In this document: positions 23,250-35,679 of the stretch, piece after piece
Numbering within the stretch: position 1 is the stretch's first letter
How the letters are laid out: every line of letters begins with the position of its first letter
From: Entomortierella parvispora E1425
Taxonomy: Eukaryota > Fungi > Mortierellomycota
Direction of reading: 5' to 3'
DNA length: 64,000 nucleotides
NCBI GenBank assembly: GCA_020891255.1
Contig: BQFW01000001.1
Coordinates: 2,880,120 to 2,944,119, forward strand
Notes under the pieces: generated by a model
The model's input: only the letters and a program-made list of their open reading frames with translations
Databases searched by the model: none
What the model was told of the DNA's origin: nothing
Program-made: the position numbers and the translations under genes

Positions 23250-25153
23250 TCAGGGTAAACCACCTTCACCGCCAGCGTTGTCTCCATGGCCTGGGTTACG
23301 CGAGTGACCACTGTGATCGTGGTGAGGCTCATCAGAATAGTGCCCAACAGTGCTGATCCCATAGGTAGAGCCGTAGATGCCCTGTTGTCCTGAATAGGGG
23401 CCCTGGTCTTGAGAATACTGCTGGTATGGATGCTGGTAAGACTGATACAATTGCTGAGACTGGTGAGAATACTGTGAGTGAAATGGCTGCGCGGATGAAG
23501 TCGATACTCCAGCTGCGGACGATGATGATCCAGAATTGTCGTATCCTAGATCCAGGGACCCGTTTCCTGAGGTCGAGCTGAATGGCAGCGAGTGCGCTTG
23601 AGTAGGGCTACCCAGGGCAGATGCTGGCGTGGAGAGGTAGCCTGGAAGGACAGCATGGCGGAGGGTAGGCGTCGTTGAAGCAGAGGCAGTGGTAGATACG
23701 GGAGCTGTGGCAGAGGTTGGTGGTCTGCGCTTGTATGGTCCACGCTTGATCCCCTTTTTGCGCACCTTGCGGGTGGAGTCGACACAAGTGTCTGAAAGTC
23801 CGTACTTGATGCAGCGTGAGCAAGGTCTCCCTTCATCGCACTTCTTGCAGGCCTTTTGGCAATTGACTGGAAAAAAAAAAAAGGCCGTTTAGTTTCTGGA
23901 CACCTTTGATCAGATAAGCAGAAGCCAGCAAATAAGAAGGCCGATAAATATAGCACGGGTGGATCCCAAAAAGAAAATAATAAAAAAAAAAATCCTTTCT
24001 GCCTTTTTGTTCTCAAAAAGCAAGAGGATGGCTCATTTCTGGTAAAAAGTGGATATAAGAGAGAGAGGGGCAGGGGAAGAGAAGGCTGCTTCATTGACCT
24101 CGAGAATAGCCACGCGTGTTATTGCAATTGAGAGGCAACAATGAGCACGAGCTGGCAGTGACCCAAATATTGGCTTTTGGTGGCACCACTCTCTCTTTTT
24201 TTTGCTGCTCAGCTCTGGCCGCCTGATTGACTGAGGTATGCTCTTTGCTCTTGAGCACAAAATAGATCATCAGAACACTTAAAAGTCCACATGGTATGAC
24301 TGAACTTACCACAAGCATTCTTGACCTGGCGACGTTTGACCCTTTCGTGGGAGTGATCGCCGCCGTAAAGTTGTGCATGCGCCTGGGTCGGGGATGGAGG
24401 TATGGAGCTGTAAGGGGTGGATTGACTCGAGTGGTACGGCGTTGACTGTGTGGAGCCGAACGGACCCAACATCTGTGCGTATTGCGAGTCTGTCAAAGGA
24501 GGAGCCAGAGAAGAGTACGCCTGCTGTTGTCGCATCGGGGAAGGGGCTGTCGAGCTAACAGCGTTCGTACCAGTGCCGTTGCTATTGTTACTGTTGTGGT
24601 TGTAATAGTAACTGTTGGCAAGATCTGGCGCCTGCTGATGTTGCTGATAATGGTATGGGTGCAGAGGGTGGTGCTGAGAGGACTGACTATGGTATGAGTA
24701 GCTCGGGTGCTGACCGTACGGTGTAGTAGTTCCACTGGCATTGGTGCTGTTGATGTTGTTATTGCTGCCACCGTTGTTATTACTAGGATTATACTGCAAA
24801 TTGTTGATTGTTGGAGAAGAGGGGGCAGTTGAGAAGGCACTGGCAGGCGTCGAGTGCTGTTGCTGTTGCTGGGACATGTTCATGGCTAATAGGTGCTTGC
24901 TGAGGTTGTATTTGTGCTGATCCGCTGGCTCCTGCTGCTGAAGTTGGTGCTCTGAATAAGGAGAGGTGGGGTACAGCTGGATCTGACCAGGGTACACATC
25001 CTGCTCACGCTTGAGGACCGTGGGAGGACTGGCACTAGAGCTGGAGGTGGAACTTGGGGTCTGGTTGCTGGTGTGGGCTTTGGACACGGCGGGGTAGAGG
25101 CCGTTGTCCTTGACCTGGCCCTGGTCGTGGTCCTGGTCCAGGCTTTGCTGCAT
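23250..25153 (-). CDS. Zn(II)2Cys6 transcription factor; exons 25153-24310 and 23866-23250
   Basis: The spliced junction gives KRRQVKNAC|VNCQKACKKCDEGRPCSRCIKYGLSDTC followed by RKKGIKRGPYKRR. Flanks are Gln/Ser/Asn-rich. Confidence 0.9.
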
Positions 25154-25552
25154 CGAGAGTTGAAGGAGAAGTCAAACAAGGGATGGGGGTGTGAATTCAG
25201 CGAGTGCGAATGAGAGGGGCGAAGGAGAGAAAGAGAAAGAAAGAGAGAGAAGGAGAGAGGTCAAGAAGAAAAGAAGACACAGAAGACGGCATGTCCTACC
25301 ACATGCCACGGCTCTGACGAGAGAGAAAAGAAAAATAAAATTTGTCTCAAAGCCACATTTTTTTCATCAGTCGTGGTTTTTTTGACTGCCTTCAGTCCGT
25401 CCGTCCTTCAGTCCTTCAGTCTGTCTGTCCTCGGTCTGGTGCTGTTTTTGCTCTGTTTGTCAGCCTTCAGTCTTCACCTCCCGACTCCACGTTTTCATTC
25501 GTTCCTTTATTTGTTCTGTCCTTCCAACATTCATTCATTCATCGCTGAGCCC

Positions 25553-27087
25553 ATGTCAGTCTACCTTCCCGAGGACAGCCAGGCTGTGGACCAACCTGTG
25601 CACGAGCACAGCGAACCCCAAGAACCGCTCGTCTTCCCACCCCTCACGCACCAACGTCTCGAGAACTGCGCCCTGGCATCATGGTACCCGGCCTTCCGTT
25701 CGCTCACGATCAAGACAAAGGTGATCCCTTTGCCCGAAGATTTTGTCTCCTATCTCCATGCCGATGGCGTGTTTGTCCCTGGTCAATCGTAAGTTCCACT
25801 TTTTGATTTGATCTGAAGCTCTTGTCATGATCTCTCCATACACATGGGCATTTCATCAACTATACTCTCTTGATCTCTGCTCTAGTGGCGTAACCCTGGC
25901 ATTGGACAGCGACAGCGACAGCGACAGTGACAATGATGAGGCACATATCAGCGACATGGATAGACTCAAAACACTACAGGAAGAGACCTATCGCCAAAGG
26001 CATGCAGATTCAAGTGACGATAGCAGTGATAACGAGGATCAGGATCCCCAGGAAGATGAAGAGGTATCGCGGTTGTGAACTGTCTATTTGTCGTATGACA
26101 TATTGTGTTCTATTGACTGACGGATCTGCTCTTTCTTATAGACCCCTCTGCCTTACTTCCCCGAGCTGGAAACGGAGATTGAACAGACAATCGAAGAGTT
26201 TGGAGGCGAAGTGTTTCCAAAGCTAAACTGGAGTTCTCCACGGGATGCAAGCTGGATCGCGACCACCAACACCCTCAAATGCCACAACCCTGCCGACATT
26301 TTCTTGCTTTTGAAATCCTCAGATTTCATTGCCCATGATCTCTCGCATGCATACGAAGATTGTTCTGATGCTGCTCCAGAAGGAAGTCCAGCAGATGAGA
26401 CGGGAGTGCAAAAGCGCCCAAAGACGGTTCAATTGATTTTGCGGAAGTGGTTTGACCTCGCACCGTCCATGGAGTTCCGTTGTTTTGTCAGGGATAACGA
26501 GCTTATTGGTATGCCGTGTATTTCAGAAAGTTTTGAATCCCGAATGGTTTCTTTCTAATTTGCTGACAACCTATTCTGTCCTTTTCATTTTAGGAATCTC
26601 TCAACGGGACATGACATACTACGATTTTTTGAATGGTGTCAAAGACGAGCTGGAGCAAAAAATTGTCGACTTTTATAACGATCGTATTCGCGGCAAGTTC
26701 CCTGATAACGACTGTAAGTGTAGTGAGGCACCCTGCGCGAATAGTAAGATCATGATGGCCAGCCAGACTATTGACATTTTCTCCGTTCGTGAAAACACAG
26801 ATACATTTGACGTCTATATCACAAGGAACAGGGAGCGCATCTACTTGATTGATTTCAATCCTTTTGCCCAAAAGACCGACGCTCTGCTTTTCGATTGGGC
26901 CGAGCTGCTCCTAGCAGAGAAGAGAATGCCCCTACGTTTACTGGCTTCGGAAGCAGCAAGTCAGCATATGCAACAACCCTTTGCCTTCAACCGTTACCCC
27001 AGCGATGTGACTGATCTTTCCAATGGACAGACGGTGGCCGAGTTTGCAGAAGCATTTTACAAAAAAGTTCAGGCCGCAGCCAAATAA
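25553..27087 (+). CDS. CDC123: Cdc123/D123 family ATP-grasp protein (eIF2 assembly), multi-exon
   Basis: SWYPAFRSLTIKTKVIPLPEDFVSYLHADG, FPKLNWSSPRDASWI, LLKSSDFIAHDL, EFRCFVR and YLIDFNPF. Confidence 0.92.
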
Positions 27088-27118
27088 ACTAGAGGTAATG
27101 ATATGGCCTTTTTTTAAT

Positions 27119-28323
27119 TTATATAGCCACCAACTGAACTGATTCCACGAAAGATTCTTGCTCTGGAAGTTGGGACGATACCCAGTTGGAGTCCAGAAGC
27201 AAAGAGAGGTCATCCCCCTTTGATCGAGGGATCCTCTGCGGATGAAGGAGCAAAAAAAAAATAAAAAAAAAAAATAACAGAGATCAGCTTTAAAGGGTCA
27301 CTTTCCCTGGTCCGACATTTTGAGCACTCTGTTGATAATAGTCTTACTGAGCGTATGTCCTTGTAGGAGCTTTCCCTAGTAGAGCACTCGCGTATAACAG
27401 TAGGAGCACCAAGTCGATGGTAGATCCGGGTATCATAGACACGAAACAAGACGTCGTCCACACGGAGGAAGAAGCGAAGAAGGATAAAAAAGCATCCTGG
27501 CATGACACGCTGAGAAGAGAAATCGTTAGTCGCTGTGCAACAATATCATCTTGGTTGTCATCGCCTGGGAGGTGAGAGACATACCATTTTGGTTGTCAGG
27601 AGTGCTGTGCCATTGTCTGCGAGCTCATCTTCAAAGAGGATGTTTTCATCGTAAAACAGGATGGGGTCGGGCCTCTTCAGTTGCTCAATGTCGATGGATT
27701 CCTCTGTTGTCGGACGAAATTCCAGCGCGTTGTTAGTGCTCACGTTGGAGCCGCTGTATCGGGTAGAGTAGGTCCAATCGTATGGCTTGACAACGTCCGT
27801 GATATGTTCCTGGTTTGCCATGCTAATGGGGGAAAGGTTGCTCCTAGTGTCAGAACCCCCATCCTGGTTTGTTTCCTAGCTCGAATATGATTCAGAGCAA
27901 CAGCCAGGACGTACCTTCGCTTATCGAACCATTCTCGCGCATATGACACCTTGATATGGTCACTGCTAGTGGAGGACTGGTCCACCATGGCCAGCGCTGG
28001 CAGCGCCTTGAACTCGAGTTTGAATCCTGATTTCTTGTGCTCAATAGACAAGTAATTGTTGCCGAAGATCATCTCTGGGATCGGGATACCCAGATCTGCA
28101 GAAGCTCTGTAAGGACCACATATAAAGGAAAGGGTGATTAGATAAAATACAGTCGAGCCAACTTCTGAAGCTTGAGCGAGAACGCTTCTCCCAATTATGT
28201 CCTTTACGTGTCAATTTCATTCGAGCTCAGGATGGACGTCTTGTGCGAGAGAATAGTCCAGTCGCCAATATCGATCCCCTTGGTACCATTATTGTTGATG
28301 AGCTTGTGAGTTGGTCCTGACAT
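27119..28323 (-). CDS. TIP41: TIP41/TIPRL-like PP2A regulator (TOR pathway), multi-exon
   Basis: MIFGNNYLSIEH, KPYDWTYSTRY, PILFYDENILFEDELADNG and LRFFLRVDDVLFRVYDTRIYH. The last exon ends DNWVSSQLP-like (LDSNWVSSQLPEQESFVESVQLVAI*). Confidence 0.92.
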
Positions 28324-28475
28324 TATGTAGAGCAATGGATGGTCAAAAGAATGCAGCGAGAGGAAAAAGTGAAGGACACGGGCGCCACGCCAGGTCAGCC
28401 AGTCACGTGTAGATCGTTTTGTCGCTCCTGGTTCGAAGAGTTTGCCATTGTTCAATTCCATTCTTTGCTCCACAA

Positions 28476-29421
28476 ATGCTAGTCCTTAATCTCTCAAGGC
28501 GGTCCATCTCACTGGCCAAGACCGCAGAATGCCTGATTGCAACGCGTCCGCGCTACTTTTCGCATCACTCTAAAGCCCACCCAGGTACAGTGACCTTTGC
28601 AGGCGTACATTTTTTTTAGATAATATGTTCGAAGTTCTGGCAGTACTGACGCGAAAGATGTGAACATTCAGTTGACAGGAGACCTGTTGTCATATCTGGG
28701 CCATCCGGTGGAGGAAAGTCAACATTGATCCAGAGGCTCTTTCAAGAGTACCCATCGACATTTGGGTTCAGTGTATCACGTACGTTGTGAGATTCCATGA
28801 GATGAACTATATTGGAAAGATCTTGAATGACAAAAAAATCTAATGGTTGACCTTTGATTAGACACTACAAGAAAGGCTCGACCTGGAGAAGAGGATGGAG
28901 TTGCATATCACTTTGTGGATGAGAGGAAAATGGAGGACTTGATTGATGGAGACCAATTTCTGGAGCACGCGACCTTCTCGGGACATCATTACGGTACCTC
29001 CAAACTGGCAGTCCAGAACGTGACCCAGAGCGGTCGAATCTGCATCCTTGATATTGACCTCGTAAGATCCACGTCGTATTGATCTTTATGGTCCTGCTCG
29101 ATTCAATGTAAATCAACCTTCCAATTAACCATACATATCATTGGTCGTCTGTAGCAAGGGGTCAGGAGTGTACGAGCATCTGGACTAGAGGCGAGATATG
29201 TTCTCATCCGCCCTCGAAGCCTTGACATTTTGGAACAGAGGCTCCGTGGAAGGAAAACAGAAACAGAGGAAGCCATTCAGAAGCGACTGAATAGAGCTCG
29301 GGAAGAATGGTCTTTTGGTATGGACAAATCCAACTTTGATCATGTTATAATCAATGACAACGTTGATAGGGCATTCGCAGATCTCTCTTCGTTTCTTTTT
29401 GGTGAGAACAGTGATTTATGA
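28476..29421 (+). CDS. GUK1: Guanylate kinase with N-terminal presequence-like extension, multi-exon
   Basis: [15 protein letters not shown] (P-loop), [37 protein letters not shown] and [14 protein letters not shown]. Confidence 0.92.
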
Positions 29422-29468
29422 TACATGAATGTTACAGAATAAAAAAGAGAGTTGAATGAGCAACATTT

Positions 29469-32400
29469 TCATGGTCTACGAATGACGTGCTGAGATCCAC
29501 TAGAGCTTTCATCTCCAAGGTGTGAAGATGAATGATGACCAGCAGGTGGAGCGGTCGAAGTTGAGGATTGCGGTACATGCTCGCGGTACATATCGCTCCC
29601 GTAAGGCTCCTCGCGACTAGATCGGCGACCATGTCCTCCAAGCATATTGCCTTGGCCGATTGGCACTCGGTGAGGTCCATAGAACGGAGCACCACTGCCT
29701 CCGTTGTTGGGATAATCACCCCGTCTGTCATAGCGATCACGGCGGTCCCGATTCCAATCACGTTCAGAGTCCCGATCTCGCTCTCGTTCGCGGTCCCTAT
29801 CCCTGTCCCTGTCCCTGGGAGGTGGCGGCGGCGCACCTCGGGAGCCTCGGTAGCCGCCATAGGGTCCAGCGTCCATGTTGTTATAGCCCCATTCTTCGTC
29901 GTTCATAGATCTATGACGGGAGCGTTCGTCCTTGTAGTAGTCCCGAGAAATAGAGGGAGCGCCTGGAGAGGCAAGCGGGCCGTGGCGTTTATATGGAATG
30001 GGTTCATCACCAGTTCCGTAATAGCTGCCATCATACGGAGCACTGGACGTCAAGGGCAGTTGTCGTTCTCTTTGAGGCAAGGAAAGTGGCGCTACTGAAG
30101 ATCTATCGGATCTCTCGGATGGGGGGCCATGGAAACGGGGCGAAGTTAGGCGGGCCTCCTCAGAGCTTGGTCGGTGGCCTGCTATGAAGGACGTATTGCC
30201 CGGTGCCAGAGGGGACGACGCTCTTTGAGCCTTGGGTGTTCTCCAACCTGGCGATGTAGGCCCGGGTGAAGGTCCAGCACGGACACCGGGGCTTTTGGGA
30301 CTTGTGCTGCTAGATAGTTTTAGTGACACTGGGGACCGTGCTGGAGATCTGGCGTCGTCAGCCCGACTGAGGGCAGTCTGAGGATGCGGTGGCGAGGATA
30401 TCAAATTTAGATTGGAGAAAGGGGTCGGGCCAACTGAAAGTGAAGTCGGACTGAAGGGCTGCACCGGAAAGTAGTCGTTGGATACAGGCCTCGCCGCGTG
30501 AGCGCCGGGCGACAGACCAACCAGTGGTGTAGGCAGGCTGCTTCCAACCTTGAAGTAATACCCCTCTTCTCTACTCGGAGCTTCAGCAGCCGCAGTTTCC
30601 GACTTTGATGTCGATCTAGAATGTTCTCCCATTTCAACATCAACTACTGGGTCGACATCCAGGCCTCCTACGGTCGCATCTGACATGACATCTTTGTCGT
30701 TTCCTCGTTCCTGGCTGCGGTTGTCGACTGGATCAGAAGGTTTTGTATCAGAGGAAGCGGCTGTTCGGAGAGAGGCCTCCTGTCTCTGTCGCTGGTACTC
30801 TTGAAGGGAAAGCTTTACCTTGGGGATGGCGATTACTTCAGGCTTTGTCAAGGACAGGTCCTCCTTGCTAGCTGCCACTTCAACGTTATGTGTAAGCGAC
30901 TCATTTACAGCGGTATTCGCGTCCACCATTTCCACATCTTGAGATTCTGCTATCGGCATACGCGTAGGGGGGAGCGTAGGAGGCAGCTCGCTTAAGTTCA
31001 CAGAGATGGAGGGCTCAGTCTGCCCTGCCTGCGTTTCCTCGGCCGTCTGGGTTGCCTGGTGAGGTCCCAAGTTTATGATCTGAGGTTGAACCATAGGGCA
31101 AGATCCATTGACGTCTTTGTCTTCAAGCTGATTGCCTTTGACTGCAGTCAGCAGAGTGTCGGTGTCCTTCGGCTTTTGGTCATGCTGCATTGATGGGCCA
31201 TCTATTGTCTGAGAGTTGGTCGTCGAATTCTTTCTCAAAGTTTCTCTGGACGGCTCTGGCTTGACATCTTCGTGGAATAAATTGAGAATATCTTTCGGGA
31301 CCATTGAAGGTGCCATGGCCTGTGTTGGTAAATCGAGTGGGATCGACCCATCCTTTACCCCGCTTGCTTCAGAGGGGACGGGAGCCACAGCATCATCCGG
31401 AGTAGGGGAATATTCGGTTACATCCACAGCCTCCTCTTCCATCTTCAGATCAAAAACCTCCTCGGCCTTCCGTCTCATCTCCTCTGCTTTCTCCCGCGCT
31501 TCCTCTTCTGCAACTGCCCTCTGTTTCATGTAAATCAATTTCCAGAGTTTTTTGCAAGGCAAAACCGATGGCTTTAGGGACGGAACAGGCAGAATCTCCT
31601 TTGGCAAGTTGTTTTCACGTTGATGGCGTCGGTCCGATCGCTGGATGCGCTCTTCTTCCTCATCGCTGGTATTCCCTACAATGCTGACGAAGCTTGTTTC
31701 CAGAGAACTGGATCCAGAATGACGGTCAGCCCGTCTCTGAAGAGAGTGGTCTTTGGGGCCAGGCGAGCCACTGGCATTTTCAGCCATCCTCCGCCCTCGA
31801 GATGCAGCGGCGTACGGCTGTTTCTTTCCAATTGATGTGGATGACCGCCTCTGCGTCAGTCGATTGGCTGTTTCGTAGCGATCTGAATCGGATGTTGCGG
31901 AAGACTGGGATCCGTTTTGCAGTCTCTTTTCTATATAAAAAAAAGGGGAAGGGGAGAAAATATGAGTCCATATTCAAATGCTGCCTTCAAAGGATGTTGG
32001 TAGCGTGGTCCATGTATCTTACCTAAATTTACTCGAGGTCTCTTCAGCCCTCCTTTGGTCAGAGACGCTGTTTCCCGATGAAGAGTTCCATTGTTAGAGT
32101 CCGAATCAATTCCACTGTCGCCAATTGATATGTTGCCTTCGTCTGCTGTCGAATGTTTTCGTGTAGATTCCTTGGCTCGGGATCTTGGTGTTGGGATAGC
32201 AGCACGTCTCGACTGTTGTTCAAGTGAGAGTCCTGAATTCTTTGATTTAGCTGAATCGGCCGTCAGCGATGATGGTCCAAGGCGGCCGGGACCAGCCTGG
32301 CCAAAGTCCCGGTCCTCCATTTTTTTGATCTGCATCAATGCAACCTTCATCTCTCTTGCGGACATCTCTTGGCCGGTAGTGCTGGATCGTCGTGAGGGGG

Positions 32401-34570
32401 ATACATGTGAGTCCGGATTGCTCTGCTTCCTGCGTCGTACATCATCCGAATTGGAGTCAGAATCCTGATCGTCCCACCGATTGCCCCTGTGTTGAGAATG
32501 AGCATCATGCCTAGCCTTTTTAGAAGACGACTCCAGCTTGACTGTAGCCTTGGGATGTTTTTTTCGAGGACTGGTTTCGGCAACAGATGAAAGCTCATCT
32601 TCACTTGTCTCCTGTCCTGTAGAACGGTTGCCATCCTGGCTCTCAAGTCCCGAGGTTTCTTGACGAGCTCTATGCCGTTGGCGAGTGGACTCTGGAGACA
32701 CCTTCTTTGGTCGATGCCCTTTGCTGGAAAGCTCCGATTCACGGGATATCGATTCCGACGATCCATCTTTCCACATCTGATGTAAAATGCAGGTCTCGGC
32801 TTTTGCGCAAGCACAGTCTGTCTGAGCGTAAAGTGTGGATGCGACCAAATACTTTGCTTTTCGAATATCCTTCGCGCTCTTGCGACTAGTTCCATCCTTT
32901 GATTTTTCATTAAGGGATCTCAGGGACTGCAGGGCCAGGTGGTCCCGGTTCCAATCCCAATCCAATGTGATCTCCTGACCCTTTCCAATAGGGACTTTGG
33001 CGAATAGTCCAAGGTGTACTGTCTGATCCTGTACGCCCGGTACTACGATGCTTTTAACTTCAGTGTTTGGCATGCAAGAGCGTCGAACAAACCGTGCATC
33101 GTTCCCACTTCTCCTGGCATCTACAGCCAAGTTAAGCTGTGGGTGAAAAAGGACAAAAGGCTTTGGTGTGGCTAGGATGGAGTACTGGTTGATGGGGTCC
33201 GATTTGTATGTGGACTTAAGCGAAACCTCGCCTTTAAATTCCAGCATAAACCGGCCTGCTCCAATGTTGCTCTCTGCAAACAGCCCATACTGCGGTGCCG
33301 GCGAGGGATGGGATTTGGTCGAAGAAAGGATATGTTTAACTGTGGTCTTCATAAGTGGTCGCGCCAGAGATTCGCGCTCCATCGAGACCACATTGGATGC
33401 GTCCATTGTGGCGAGTGTAGACTGTCCATTGCTCATAGCCAAGAGGTCAGGGGTTTCGGGTATTGACGGGGCAATGGCAGAGGGTATCGTCAAGGCGGAG
33501 TTGGCAATGCTGATGTCTTTGTGGGTGGTGGGAGTGGTGTTGTCGCTTGTCTTTGAGATGTTGGATGAGACCAGTTCTTGTAATTTCACCCCGGAGGTCA
33601 ACGACAGGGAACGTTTCCTTGATTGCACCTGCCTGAAGTGAGCAATCACCTGCCTGAAGACATCCTGCACAGCTTTGGAGGTCACAATATTGGTGTCAAC
33701 GGATGAAAACTCAAACTGATATGCGTCCATGGCATCGTCTTGACTGTCACTCTCCATGTCCAGATCCTCGTCCTCAACTGTCGCAGATACTGTCCTTGAA
33801 TTCCCACTGGGTCTCTGCTTCCCTGATGATTGAGGGGATCCATTATTGGTGCCGTTGGGGAGGGCCGATGACGAGTTGGTGCTTTTGCCTTTTCGACCAG
33901 CTGTTTCAGTAGATGCATTCAGGCCTGTGGCGTTGCTCCTCGCACCATATCCAGAGCTTCCTCCGCCTGCGGATGAACTGGCCTGGTCTTTCGAGGAGTG
34001 TCTTTGAGAGTTTCCACTTGAAACCGCGGTGGAAGGTGTGGAAGAAGAGGAGGTTTGCGAGTTGACTCCTGGCTCTGTCTGTGTGGAGCCAGTTGATCCA
34101 AACTGCTTCCGAGGCCGACCAACGCTGGGTTTTCTTCTTGAAGGGGATTTTTCACGCTTCCGGTCCAAAGTGCCATTCCGTCTTCGTTGGATCTCGTTTG
34201 CGCGTTTGCGATCGACAGGCCTTGGACTGCATAGCTCACAGAGGTACTTGTCGGGCACATTGGATTGGACGATGCCCACGCATACAGCATGCTGCCATAC
34301 TAAGCATCGTTCACATTGTATAGTAAAGCCATCATCGTCAATGTAGTTGCAAATGCAGCGAATAATGCCGGCGTCTTCATCGTCCTCATCATTGTCGACG
34401 GAATCATCATCATCTTCCTCTTCTACGTTCGAGTCGTTGGTTGCGGTGAGGTGGCCAGTGCTTTGGAGGGCGCTATTAATATTGTTGCTGTTGGCCAACC
34501 GATTGATGACCTTGTTTGCCAAGTTGGCGATGGATGGCGAAGGCACAGTGGAGCTAAGTTTGGCAGACAT
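29469..34570 (-). CDS. Set3/Set4/MLL5-like PHD + SET domain protein; exons 34570-32023 and 31930-29469
   Basis: PHD finger IRCICNYIDDDGFTIQCERCLVWQHAVC...YLCELC. The SET domain has ARFVRRSCMPN in place of the canonical NHSC, as in the Set3/MLL5 class. The GT-AG intron joins the two long ORFs in frame. Confidence 0.9.
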
Positions 34571-34939
34571 TGTAAGAAAAATGTGGAAGTTGCAACAGCT
34601 GGATGCTGATTGTTGATGTCGCTCCTTTTGAAAGGCTGGATTGTTGTCGTGTTGGGGAGGGTTGAGAAGAGTGTGTTGGCTTGGAAGCTCCTGGGCTTAG
34701 AGGACTGGAGCGGTTATCGGCAGCATGGCACCGACCGGGCACAGTCTTTTGGCGCGAATTCGACAGAAGGGATCTGTTTGGGGCGCGGCTACATTGAGAG
34801 AGGGATGCGATTTAGTTGTGTGTGCGGTTGAGGTGGCAGTGGCAGTGGATGGACAGACGGACGGACAGGCAGCAGACAAAGGGCTCAATCAATCACAGTG
34901 ATTCGACTCACTTTTTGTTGTTTTTTAGTTTTCTTCCCT

Positions 34940-35679
34940 TTCTGACTGGGGGTCACTTGTTTCCTTTGTGAAGCAGAGAGGAAGCAAGAGAAAGGAAGGA
35001 AGAGATGGGAGAGGGAGAAAGAGAGAAGAAAGCGATGAAAGAGAGGGAAGGAAGTGAGAGGAAGGAGCAGATTGGAATCAAAAGAGTCAAAGGATGAATG
35101 AATGGAATGATTGAATGAATGGATTGATGGATGATGAATAAAGCGAGAGCGAGAGAGAGGGAGAGGGAGAGAGAGTGAAAGAGAGAAGGAGAGAAAGAGG
35201 AAGAGATGAATGAAAAGGATGAAAGAAGCAGGTGCTCTTGAGAGAGAGAAGGATGGATGAAAAGAAAAGGGAAGAGAGGAGAGGGGAGGGGAAGGAGGAG
35301 GTGTGCAGAAAGAGAGAGGGAGAAGGCGAAGGAGGGACCGATGGAGAGGGAATGGGCAATGAGTGAGTGAGTGGTGAGTGAGTGCTCTTTGTGTGCTCTC
35401 TGTCTGCTTCGCTTTTGCTGCTGGGCCACCTGTCCGTCTCTTTGTCTCTGCCTTGTCTCATCTTGTCCTCTCTGTTCGTCCAGTCTGCCTCTGTCTGTCT
35501 GTCTGTCTGCCTCTGTCTGTCTGCACGTGACACCTATTTTTTGCCCTTCGTTTCTGTGCCTTCCTTCTGTCCTTCCTGCCTGACTCTTTTCTTTTTTTTT
35601 CTTTCATTTTCCAGTTCAATCCGTCCATCCCTCTCCCTCTCCTTGAACTCTTCTCTTCCCTGTCTTCAATTGCGCCGCG
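34940..35679. promoter_or_regulatory. Probable bidirectional promoter/5'UTR region with a purine-to-pyrimidine strand switch
   Basis: Lies between the divergent ATGs at 34570 and 35680. GA-rich on + until about 35370, then CT-rich on +. Confidence 0.5.

Noticed and set aside
23867-24309. Long intron as a snoRNA host, and ORF 24091-24378
   Set aside because: The box C/D matches are imperfect with no terminal stem. The ORF is mostly intronic.
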